Source: Candidatus Saccharimonadota bacterium (GTDB taxonomy: Bacteria > Bacteroidota > Bacteroidia > Cytophagales > Amoebophilaceae). Taken from it: a stretch of DNA of 32,000 nt. The DNA lies in assembly GCF_003351905.1 (NCBI RefSeq), contig NZ_CP022339.1, positions 60,001 to 92,000 of the forward strand. The letters run 5' to 3'. Of the stretch, positions 1-7,412 are shown in pieces. A program made the translations under genes and the position numbers. How positions within the stretch are numbered: the stretch's first letter is position 1; each line of letters starts with the position of its first letter. Under the pieces are notes generated by a model. It saw only the letters and a list, made by a program, of their open reading frames with translations. It did no database searches and was not told the DNA's origin.

Positions 1-150
1 ACACATTAAATATTTTATGATATTCTTAGCTTTATTTGATAGTTCATCTATGAAAAACTCATCGAATTCTACCTCTGACCTGTAATTAAAAAAAGGGTTA
101 TAAACAAACTCCTTCACTTCTTCTAGTTTATATTTTTTACTCATCTTCAT
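1..150 (-). CDS. Partial hypothetical protein, last visible gene of the tra-linked operon; continues beyond the left window edge
   Basis: My own translation of the minus strand from ATG at 150..148 gives MKMSKKYKLEEVKEFVYNPFFNYRSEVEFDEFFIDELSNKAKNIIKYLMC..., open to position 1. The start abuts the stop (151..153) of the upstream gene. No recognisable motif. Confidence 0.35.
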   Translation of the reverse strand, partial: MKMSKKYKLEEVKEFVYNPFFNYRSEVEFDEFFIDELSNKAKNIIKYLMC

Positions 151-1065
151 TTAAAATTTACTATTTCTTTTGATTTTACTTTTAACGATATGCTGTATTA
201 GATCATTGTTTAGCTTTTCACTATATAGCTCTGCAATAGCTTCTTTATCTTTTTTAGACACCTCTTCCGATTCCACTTGCAGTCTATTGATACGTTCTAC
301 AAGTTCTCCCATATCTAAGATGTTTTTGTTTTTAATACTTTCTAGTTGAAAGTATTTTACTGGATCATTTTTGTAAAAATTAGGATTAGATAGCGTTTTA
401 TCTATTTTTTTATTTTGAATCTCTAGATTTTTGATCTGTTCTTTGTAGACTGGAATCAGTCTATTATTGGCCTCTTTAGAGGCAATCTTTATCTGATCTG
501 ATCTACGCAACTCTCTTTGAATATCTGAGCAAAGGGAATTTAAGCTTTTTGGTGGCTTTGTGCTTAGGAAATTACTACTTCTACCCGTAAAAGAATCTAC
601 TTTACCTAATAGATATTTTTCTCTGTAACAGGAAAAAGAACAATATCTTTTAAGCTCTCTAGTACAATCTAAACTAGGAATATAGTCACTTGGATTCAAA
701 CTAATGCCACTTATTTTTTCTGATATACCCAGGGCTACTTTACCATATTTCGCATCAGATAGATCTTTGAATAATGATTTACCTTGATTTTTAATAGAAT
801 TAGCCTCTTCTACACTCTTTTTTAGTTTTCTCATACTATCAGCCGCATCCTTCATTTGTGCTAAAACATTACTAGAGGTACCTACTTGCTCTTCCATTAA
901 CTGAGCTGTTTTTTCTTCTGGAGATAGACCAGGTATCCACTTCTTTAATCCGTTAGGTAGGATTTTGTTTAATCCTGATTTGATAGAAGATCCTATACTT
1001 GCTGAAGAAGTTACAGGAATGAACAGGCATAACCAAACTAGACCATATTTTTTACACTTATTCAT
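151..1065 (-). CDS. Secreted coiled-coil protein of unknown function, distal gene of the tra operon
   Basis: 304-aa ORF. N-terminal signal-like segment MNKCKKYGLVWLCLFIPVTSSASIG, K/E/L-rich heptad-like C-terminal half. The start overlaps the stop of the TraM-like gene by 4 nt (1062..1065), suggesting translational coupling. Confidence 0.6.
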   Translation of the reverse strand: MNKCKKYGLVWLCLFIPVTSSASIGSSIKSGLNKILPNGLKKWIPGLSPEEKTAQLMEEQVGTSSNVLAQMKDAADSMRKLKKSVEEANSIKNQGKSLFKDLSDAKYGKVALGISEKISGISLNPSDYIPSLDCTRELKRYCSFSCYREKYLLGKVDSFTGRSSNFLSTKPPKSLNSLCSDIQRELRRSDQIKIASKEANNRLIPVYKEQIKNLEIQNKKIDKTLSNPNFYKNDPVKYFQLESIKNKNILDMGELVERINRLQVESEEVSKKDKEAIAELYSEKLNNDLIQHIVKSKIKRNSKF

Positions 1066-1943
1066 TTTTCTATTGGTTTAAGGAACACCTTTCTTCTATT
1101 ATCTATAGTTATTTTTTGTTCATTTTTAACAGATTTAATACCATCTACTACTACTTTGCTGATCTCTCTGATCCAAGAATTACTGCTACTACTAGCTGCT
1201 CTACTGAGCAATTTGTTTTGCGCTTGATCAATGAAAGGATGTAAATTTTCTACTAATAGTCCAATCATGTAATCTGAATCATATAAACCAATAGCAACCG
1301 GAATAACATTTTTACCAAATTCAGCTGTTTCTAATTTAGCTAGAATTCTCTCTTTTCCAAAAGCAACGATTCCGTATAAAAACGCACCTTTTGGTATTTC
1401 TTGACCTTTATAAACAAAAGCTTCTTTGACACGTATTTTAATACTTCTGCCATGTTTGAGTTCCTGCGTGCCATAGACATATCCTGCAGCAAAGCTGTTT
1501 TTTACCTTAATATTCCTTTTTCTGCCTTTTCTTTCAAAGGCTACTGGAAAGTAGTTTTTTTCCTGTTTTGGAGTAAAAACTATCTTTTTAACGTTTTGAA
1601 TTACCTTTTTAGGTTTAATGGTAACTGGTTCGGCTTCTTTAACCGATTCTGATACACCAGACTCTTGTTCAACTGTTGATACATCTTTACTGATATTTTT
1701 AGCCATATTTTCAAACAAAGAGCAGCCTACCTTTTCCGATTTCATGCCACCAACACCTTTAATTCTTTGATTGGTTTCTTTAGTAATCGACAAGGGTTCT
1801 GCTTTTTCGAGTAGCTTACAAGTTTTAGGTGGAGGGGCTACAAAAAAATCATGCCAACTTTTTGTTTTGCGCACATCTCTGAGCACCACCCAAGTAAAAA
1901 CCAACAATCCAGCGAGTCCAAAACCTAATTGCTTCTTATCCAT
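1062..1943 (-). CDS. traM: TraM-like conjugative-transposon protein (VirB10 analogue of Bacteroidota T4SS)
   Basis: 293 aa with one N-terminal TM (GFGLAGLLVFTWVVL). The C-terminal block YVYGTQELKHGRSIKIRVKEAFVYKGQEIPKGAFLYGIVAFGKERILAKLETAEFGKNVIPVAIGLYDSDYMIGL matches the remembered TraM (DUF3714) signature: Gs.v.lRL, iPkGt.lyG, eRl, pv.l.vyD.DG. Shorter than canonical TraM (about 400+ aa). Confidence 0.65.
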   Translation of the reverse strand: MDKKQLGFGLAGLLVFTWVVLRDVRKTKSWHDFFVAPPPKTCKLLEKAEPLSITKETNQRIKGVGGMKSEKVGCSLFENMAKNISKDVSTVEQESGVSESVKEAEPVTIKPKKVIQNVKKIVFTPKQEKNYFPVAFERKGRKRNIKVKNSFAAGYVYGTQELKHGRSIKIRVKEAFVYKGQEIPKGAFLYGIVAFGKERILAKLETAEFGKNVIPVAIGLYDSDYMIGLLVENLHPFIDQAQNKLLSRAASSSSNSWIREISKVVVDGIKSVKNEQKITIDNRRKVFLKPIEK

Positions 1944-1948
1944 AGAAA

Positions 1949-2740
1949 TTAAGGTTCTTTAACCAAACATGGTATACTTAATAATAATCTATTAGGTAGG
2001 TTCAAACTTAAATCTCTACGCCCTTTTTTCTCTTCAAAACGAACGATTATACCTGATTTTTCTACCTTGTGTTTGATAACGAAAATCATAGGTATGATAT
2101 CTCCAGGTGCTACTACCATTCGTTTAGGTTTTAGTTTAATAGGAATAGCGGTTTTGTCTTTGTTGTTGCCTACAAAATATACGCTTCCTACCTTATAGTT
2201 ATAAGGAGAGCTATTTCTCAACATAAACTTTAAAACAATCTCTTCTCCTGTGCTTACTGCATTACTCAAAAAACAACTTACCTTTTGTTTAGTCTGATGA
2301 AAACGTTTAACATTTGGCTGTTCCTGAGATACATATTCTATAGCTTCTGTTAAAGGGTCGGTTAAAGGTTCATCGGTGTCCCATTTCTCTGCTTCTTCTA
2401 TGTTTTTAACTTTATGCTGGGTAAGATCATACATTGGCTGTATACCTGCATCATAACTAACGGTTCCATAAAATACATCAACCTTTTCATTTTTTTTGCC
2501 TTCGTTGGATAAATAAAAGACCGTAATAGTGGTTTTACTGGTCCCAGGATGTTTGGCCTTTATTTCTAAAAACCTACCTTCTTCTTTGGAGACATATTCT
2601 TGGTCTCCATTGCCAAAAGAAATCTTCTCAATGGTACCACTGAGTTCCAACAAAGTTGGATATTGATCTGAAACCTTGATATCCAATGCAAAAACAGGAA
2701 AATAAGAGATCAAAAATGCTAAAAGGCTACTTTTCTTCAT
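1949..2740 (-). CDS. traN: TraN-like conjugative-transposon protein (DUF4138 family)
   Basis: 263 aa with signal peptide MKKSSLLAFLISYFPVFALD. The C-terminal block IVLKFMLRNSSPYNYKVGSVYFVGNNKDKTAIPIKLKPKRMVVAPGDIIPMIFVI...IIVRFEEKKGRRDLSLNL resembles the TraN pattern (l.l.N.S...Y.i..i.F ... E.nGgR.l.l). The assignment is from memory of the family and was not searched. Confidence 0.6.
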   Translation of the reverse strand: MKKSSLLAFLISYFPVFALDIKVSDQYPTLLELSGTIEKISFGNGDQEYVSKEEGRFLEIKAKHPGTSKTTITVFYLSNEGKKNEKVDVFYGTVSYDAGIQPMYDLTQHKVKNIEEAEKWDTDEPLTDPLTEAIEYVSQEQPNVKRFHQTKQKVSCFLSNAVSTGEEIVLKFMLRNSSPYNYKVGSVYFVGNNKDKTAIPIKLKPKRMVVAPGDIIPMIFVIKHKVEKSGIIVRFEEKKGRRDLSLNLPNRLLLSIPCLVKEP

Positions 2741-3389
2741 GATTTAAAAAGGTTAGATCGGTAATCATTAAACCATAAGGATTGTTACTACATCTAGCTG
2801 TCGATTGCATTTCTAGTGCAATGCCTTGATGGTAACTATGGGTTTTGACTTTCCCTTGTCCAGTTAAAAATTTTAAATCTGTTTGAAAGTAGACCTCTGC
2901 TTTATATGGGTGGGATAATGTATCAGTGACGATGCGTTTAACCGTAATTGTTGTTACCCCATTCGATTCTTTATATACTTGAAACAAACTATCATCAGAA
3001 AAGAGTTTTTTTAAGGTGACTCTAGAAGCATTATTCATGACCGTCAAGGCTCTTTCAATGTTTTCCTGATAATTGTTTTCACTATGGGCAAAACCATCTT
3101 GTATAAAACGCATGGAAAAGTTTTCTACTTCAAACGATTCTCTGCTGTTATTAGTTGGATTCTCTTTTCTTATACCCACATGGGTCCCTTCAAGGGTAGC
3201 AAAATAGACCAAATCACTTCTGTTCTGTTTAAATACCAAATAGCCTAAAAAAGCAGACAAACCACCTAAGGATACCAAAAGAAAAACGACTAAAAATCGT
3301 AGTAGGTTAATGATATTCCTGTAATGATAGCTGTTTAGCTTATGAATCGATTGAACGGTTGATGACTGATAATCTTTATTATCTAACAT
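2727..3389 (-). CDS. traK: TraK-like conjugative-transposon protein
   Basis: 220 aa with one N-terminal TM (LLRFLVVFLLVSLGGLSAFLGYLVF). The C-terminal motif ARCSNNPYGLMITDLTFL matches the conserved RSdNNPhGF motif of Bacteroides TraK. Size and position after TraJ fit. Confidence 0.75.
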   Translation of the reverse strand: MLDNKDYQSSTVQSIHKLNSYHYRNIINLLRFLVVFLLVSLGGLSAFLGYLVFKQNRSDLVYFATLEGTHVGIRKENPTNNSRESFEVENFSMRFIQDGFAHSENNYQENIERALTVMNNASRVTLKKLFSDDSLFQVYKESNGVTTITVKRIVTDTLSHPYKAEVYFQTDLKFLTGQGKVKTHSYHQGIALEMQSTARCSNNPYGLMITDLTFLNHEEK

Positions 3390-3408
3390 ATTGTATTGTG
3401 TTCATAGT

Positions 3409-3464
3409 ATTCTTTCCCATTAGCTTGCCAAACCAAGTCCTTACACAGTAAGGATTAATATATT
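3409..3464. repeat. Copy A of a ~56-64 bp palindrome-containing repeat, in the TraK/TraJ intergenic region
   Basis: Contains CCCATTAGCTTG (3416..3427) and the palindrome TCCTTAC-ACA-GTAAGGA (3438..3454). Read on the plus strand it matches the reverse complement of 7295..7358. Confidence 0.8.
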
Positions 3465-3473
3465 GTCTAGTCA

Positions 3474-4283
3474 CTATTCATTTTGTTTTCTCAACTTTTG
3501 TAAACTACTAACTCCATAAGCCATAAACTGACTCGTCTTTGCTTCTCCTATCGCAAAAAGGCTATTTCCTACTGTATTGCCTATATATAGGGAGGTAAGC
3601 GGACCTACCATAGCATACATCAAGCAAGTAGCGATAGCAGCGCCGATACCATCTGCATTATTAAACTCCAAAGAAATCAATGAATAGTCTAATAAATCAA
3701 TGGTCACCCCCCACATTAGAAAGGAAATCAGCATATTGAGCCAGTAATTAACTATCCCACTAAAATTTACTGGTAAGAGGCTAGCAGCAATGGCCAAAGG
3801 ACCTACTTGTAAGGTAAATAGGATCGCCTGATGACGAAATATAGTAGTGGTTAAACCCATTATGCGAGATATCGATTTTAAAGCTTTAGTAGTTAAATTC
3901 GAAAAACCATTTTTAATTAGCTGCCAGATACTTATTTCAGGATCTTTTATACTTTCGAAACTATCAGGTTTAACTAGATCGTGCCAATCAAACCCATTCA
4001 TAATCAAAGCGGTTAATTTGTCTAGCATATGAAAAATATCCAAGTAGAACTGTAAAAGCAGAAAGGTAACAGTTAGTGTTAATAGACTGGTATAACAGGA
4101 TTTTAATAACTCGACAGTGCTTAAATGATACTGAAAATAATAGACCATTAAACGTACCAACAAGAAAGGCAATAGTAATAACTTAGCTAATCCAACCATC
4201 TTGCCAATGGTGATATTTACCATTAGGTTTTGTGCTTCTAGATTAGCTGAAGATGATAAAATACCTTGAAAATGACTAGACAT
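3474..4283 (-). CDS. traJ: TraJ-like polytopic membrane protein (VirB6 analogue)
   Basis: Multi-TM protein immediately after TraG. The ORF track gives 3474..4325. I prefer the ATG at 4283..4281 (MSSHFQGIL...), which overlaps the TraG stop as ATGTCTAG, an 8-nt coupling overlap. The assignment rests mainly on topology and synteny. Confidence 0.6.
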   Translation of the reverse strand: MSSHFQGILSSSANLEAQNLMVNITIGKMVGLAKLLLLPFLLVRLMVYYFQYHLSTVELLKSCYTSLLTLTVTFLLLQFYLDIFHMLDKLTALIMNGFDWHDLVKPDSFESIKDPEISIWQLIKNGFSNLTTKALKSISRIMGLTTTIFRHQAILFTLQVGPLAIAASLLPVNFSGIVNYWLNMLISFLMWGVTIDLLDYSLISLEFNNADGIGAAIATCLMYAMVGPLTSLYIGNTVGNSLFAIGEAKTSQFMAYGVSSLQKLRKQNE

Positions 4284-6723
4284 AATATTTTTGTTTAGTA
4301 TGGTACACCCATTCTGCAATGCCATCTTCTATGTTTTCATGTTTTTTAGCCAATGCAGCAAGTTGGTTTCTTTCTGATGGATGAGAGGTAAGCATAGCAT
4401 GTTCCCAAAGAGAGGGTTCTACTAGCCACACATGGCTTTGTCCCATCTCTTTAATAAAGATTTCCCTAAAACCGACTGGGCCATTGTGTCTGCGCAGACT
4501 GGCATACTTTTGCATGTCTAACGCATTCATACCTAAGAAATCACCTATTTCTTCTCTGCTACATGCTTTTTCATTATATAACAGGATAAAGGTAGCTGCA
4601 TTGTTTTTAATGGCACTGGCGATCTTAGATGATTTGATCTCCCCGATGTCTTGGGTGATGATGCGAATAGAGGTTTTTGTTTTTCTGCCTTTTCGGTAAA
4701 AGGCTTCTATATGCTCTCTAGATGCATCATCTAAGGTGGTCCAACCTTCTTCGATATCTATAAACTTGATGGCATCTGGATGTTTAGATACCATCTCAAA
4801 AGCAAAGTCAAATAGAATCTGTACTACCAATGGATAGAGTTTGCTATTGCCTTTAATCGCTTCTAGTTCAAAACAGACTAATCTATGGTCTAATAGGTAG
4901 TCTTGTTCCAGGGAGTTAAAGTGATCTTTATGGATACCATGCGCAAATGGCTTTAACACAATAAAAAATTCCTGAAAAGGGAACAACTGTTCCTTTTTAA
5001 GATCAATTATATCTTTCCCATTAGCTTGAACTAGTTCTTTTAGGTAGTTATAAAATCCTGTTAAAGTAGGGATGACCGCTTTTGGTAAATCTCTATAATA
5101 ATCACTAATCCACTGAGAGAGTAAAGATGTTTCTACTTCACTCATGGGATTTTCATTCAAATCTCCCTTCCACATTTTGCCAATCAGTTGAACTAGAAAT
5201 ATAATTTTACTGCTATCTGGCAGGTAGCTACCTGATTCATCAGCTGGGAATAAAAAAGGATTTAAGGATAAAGATTTTTCTGCACTGAGTTCAATATATT
5301 TCCCTCCTAAAGCTTCAAATAAATGGCGATAGGTGCCACCACTGTCAATAACAATCACTATATGGCCTGCTTCAAATCGATCTTTAATCATTTTGCCATT
5401 AAAAAAGGATTTTCCAGAGCCAGAAGGACCGAAAATAAATGCATTTTGATTATCTAAATCGGTATTAAACGGGTTGAAATAGATCGGTTCTCTATATCTA
5501 TTGGCTAGCAAAACACCCTCTTTATATCCTGTAAAGGGAGTGGCACTATTCATATGGGCAACTGCTGTTAACAAAGGAATAGGTATACGCCTATAGACTT
5601 GATTGCCATTACCTGGTAAAACAGTACAAAATAAGTTAGCGGTATCTATGGTTTCTAAGTAACCCCTCATGCCTATACTTGAAAAAGCAGCTAATACTTG
5701 AGCACTATAGTTATTAAGAGTTTCCAAATCAGTTATACCAAAGGGTATCACTAAAAAAGATAAATAAACAATGGGTTCGTTACGCTGGAGAAGGGTTTGT
5801 TCAAACTCGGCCATTTCACTACGTATATGTCTGATGTTTTGCAGCTTTCGTTCATCGATTTTAGTAGCCTCACTCCAGGCAAATGAATTAAAATGTTTTT
5901 TTAAGAATGCTTCAGAGTCGATCATACGAATAACCCTAGAAATAACATGCGGAAAGTTTAGACTACGCCCAAATCCCTCTGTTAAAGGGGCACAAACTCC
6001 TCCATTATGGCCAAACTTATCCAGCACTGTATAACTAGGCTGAGCAGCGCTCTCTATTAAAGATATTACTTGGGCTTTTCTGTTAGCCACCTGTACATAT
6101 TCTTTATCTTTAACTAAACCACCATATAAGGTGCCTTTAGGATCTTTAAAGTTTAAGGATAAGCATCTATGTACCAGGCGAGAGAATTCACTAGCAGTAA
6201 GAGGGGTTAAGGGAAGATGGGTAGATACACTTTGACGAAATTGGGCAGCATCTTTTTTAGCTATTGTTAATCTATTTTCTAGATTAGCAAATGTATTTTT
6301 GCTAAAGCTCTTGGTCTCATCACTAGAATAAAAAGTAGACAGTGGCGTATAATCTTTATAAAAACCAGGAAAGGAAAGGATGATATAGGATTCATGGCGC
6401 AGTATAGGGCGACCTTCTGCATGTTCGAACTGTTTTTGTGCAAAAAAATCATTTATATTTACAGATGGGTTATGCCATTGGTCTGGGTAATATATATCTA
6501 CTTGTTGCATCAGACTGTTACATGGTAGTTCTTTCATGCTATTAGATAGGGTAGCCGTCCAACCTATATACTGTTGCTCGGTATACTGTTCCTGAAAGGA
6601 TAAAGATGCTTTAAATGGAACAGAAATAGTCCCATCTGCAGCAATAGCCATATCTTCATGAAAATCTACAAATGGTAGAACTCTATGTAAGTCTTCTTTC
6701 TTATCTTTTTTTGAGAAAAGCAT
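4276..6723 (-). CDS. traG: TraG-family conjugative-transposon ATPase (VirB4 homologue)
   Basis: 815 aa. Walker A FGPSGSGKSFF is encoded at 5407..5430, and a Walker-B-like IDIEEGW lies near the C-terminus. The N-terminus (LPFVDFHEDMAIAADGTISVPF) is typical of Bacteroides TraG. Length and domain order fit VirB4-type T4SS ATPases. Confidence 0.9.
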   Translation of the reverse strand: MLFSKKDKKEDLHRVLPFVDFHEDMAIAADGTISVPFKASLSFQEQYTEQQYIGWTATLSNSMKELPCNSLMQQVDIYYPDQWHNPSVNINDFFAQKQFEHAEGRPILRHESYIILSFPGFYKDYTPLSTFYSSDETKSFSKNTFANLENRLTIAKKDAAQFRQSVSTHLPLTPLTASEFSRLVHRCLSLNFKDPKGTLYGGLVKDKEYVQVANRKAQVISLIESAAQPSYTVLDKFGHNGGVCAPLTEGFGRSLNFPHVISRVIRMIDSEAFLKKHFNSFAWSEATKIDERKLQNIRHIRSEMAEFEQTLLQRNEPIVYLSFLVIPFGITDLETLNNYSAQVLAAFSSIGMRGYLETIDTANLFCTVLPGNGNQVYRRIPIPLLTAVAHMNSATPFTGYKEGVLLANRYREPIYFNPFNTDLDNQNAFIFGPSGSGKSFFNGKMIKDRFEAGHIVIVIDSGGTYRHLFEALGGKYIELSAEKSLSLNPFLFPADESGSYLPDSSKIIFLVQLIGKMWKGDLNENPMSEVETSLLSQWISDYYRDLPKAVIPTLTGFYNYLKELVQANGKDIIDLKKEQLFPFQEFFIVLKPFAHGIHKDHFNSLEQDYLLDHRLVCFELEAIKGNSKLYPLVVQILFDFAFEMVSKHPDAIKFIDIEEGWTTLDDASREHIEAFYRKGRKTKTSIRIITQDIGEIKSSKIASAIKNNAATFILLYNEKACSREEIGDFLGMNALDMQKYASLRRHNGPVGFREIFIKEMGQSHVWLVEPSLWEHAMLTSHPSERNQLAALAKKHENIEDGIAEWVYHTKQKYYV

Positions 6724-7024
6724 TGATCTTAAATTTTAGCCTAAAATTATCTATCGGTACATGCAAAAAATGATAAGCAAAAAGACTTGATAACCAGGTA
6801 GGATTACTATTTTTCAGCAATATTTTTACCAAAAAGGAGATAATAACCATTAGGCTTGTTAAAGAGATGGTCCACATGCGGTTGTAGTGTAACCAGTCTT
6901 CACAGTAGCAAGAGACCATATAGGTCAGGCAGCAAACGCCTAACGCCACTAAGGCTTCTGATAATGAAAAAGGACCTAAAAAGCCTTTTTCTTTTAAGTA
7001 GGGGCTATTGACTAATTTTTGCAT
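6701..7024 (-). CDS. TraF-like small membrane protein (DUF4133 / VirB3-like)
   Basis: 107 aa. N-terminal YLKEKGFLGPFSLSEALVALG resembles the DUF4133 'y.i.kG...f.GL' start. Two to three TM segments, and it overlaps the traG start by 23 nt. Called on synteny plus a weak motif. Confidence 0.5.
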   Translation of the reverse strand: MQKLVNSPYLKEKGFLGPFSLSEALVALGVCCLTYMVSCYCEDWLHYNRMWTISLTSLMVIISFLVKILLKNSNPTWLSSLFAYHFLHVPIDNFRLKFKINAFLKKR

Positions 7025-7038
7025 GGGAAACCTATAAT

Positions 7039-7281
7039 TTATCCGATTCTAAAAAAATTGGCAACCATATCATACAAAGGGCCAATCGATGAAAAAAATA
7101 CAATGGCAGTTACCCAGTGTAGTAATTCATGAAAGATCATGCCTCTGTCCCTGCCAGTATTATACAAATAGGCCAATCTAAAAGCGCCTACTACACCTAA
7201 TAGCTTGGCTACCAAGGTTAACAACTGGTAGCCACTTGTAATCCAGCCTTCTAGGGCGCCTGTTATGTCCAGTAATATCAT
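7039..7281 (-). CDS. TraE-like small membrane protein (DUF4134 / candidate pilin-like VirB2 analogue)
   Basis: 80 aa with two hydrophobic helices. It is the first gene of the operon, directly upstream of the TraF-like and TraG genes, as in Bacteroides CTns. No strong motif. Confidence 0.45.
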   Translation of the reverse strand: MILLDITGALEGWITSGYQLLTLVAKLLGVVGAFRLAYLYNTGRDRGMIFHELLHWVTAIVFFSSIGPLYDMVANFFRIG

Positions 7282-7294
7282 TTTTCTTCTATTT

Positions 7295-7358
7295 TAATAT
7301 TGTATCCTTACTGTGTAAGGATATTGGTTTTTACTAAACAAGCTAATGGGATAAGAAT
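7295..7358. repeat. Copy B of the same repeat, immediately upstream of the TraE-like start; candidate operator or promoter-associated element
   Basis: Contains the palindrome TATCCTTAC-TGT-GTAAGGATA (7303..7323) and CAAGCTAATGGG (7339..7350). Its reverse complement aligns with 3409..3464 at roughly 80% identity by eye. It lies 14 nt from the TraE-like ATG (7281). Confidence 0.8.
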
Positions 7359-7412
7359 TAGTTTGTTATTTTTTATGATTTATAAGTTAAAAAAATATTC
7401 ATATTCAGTGTA

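Noticed and set aside
1401-6034. Plus-strand ORFs 1401..1652, 1771..1962, 3847..4032, 4484..4699 and 5771..6034
   Set aside because: All lie antisense within the strongly supported TraM-, TraJ- and TraG-like genes. They have F/L/S-rich mirror-frame composition and no motifs or start context.
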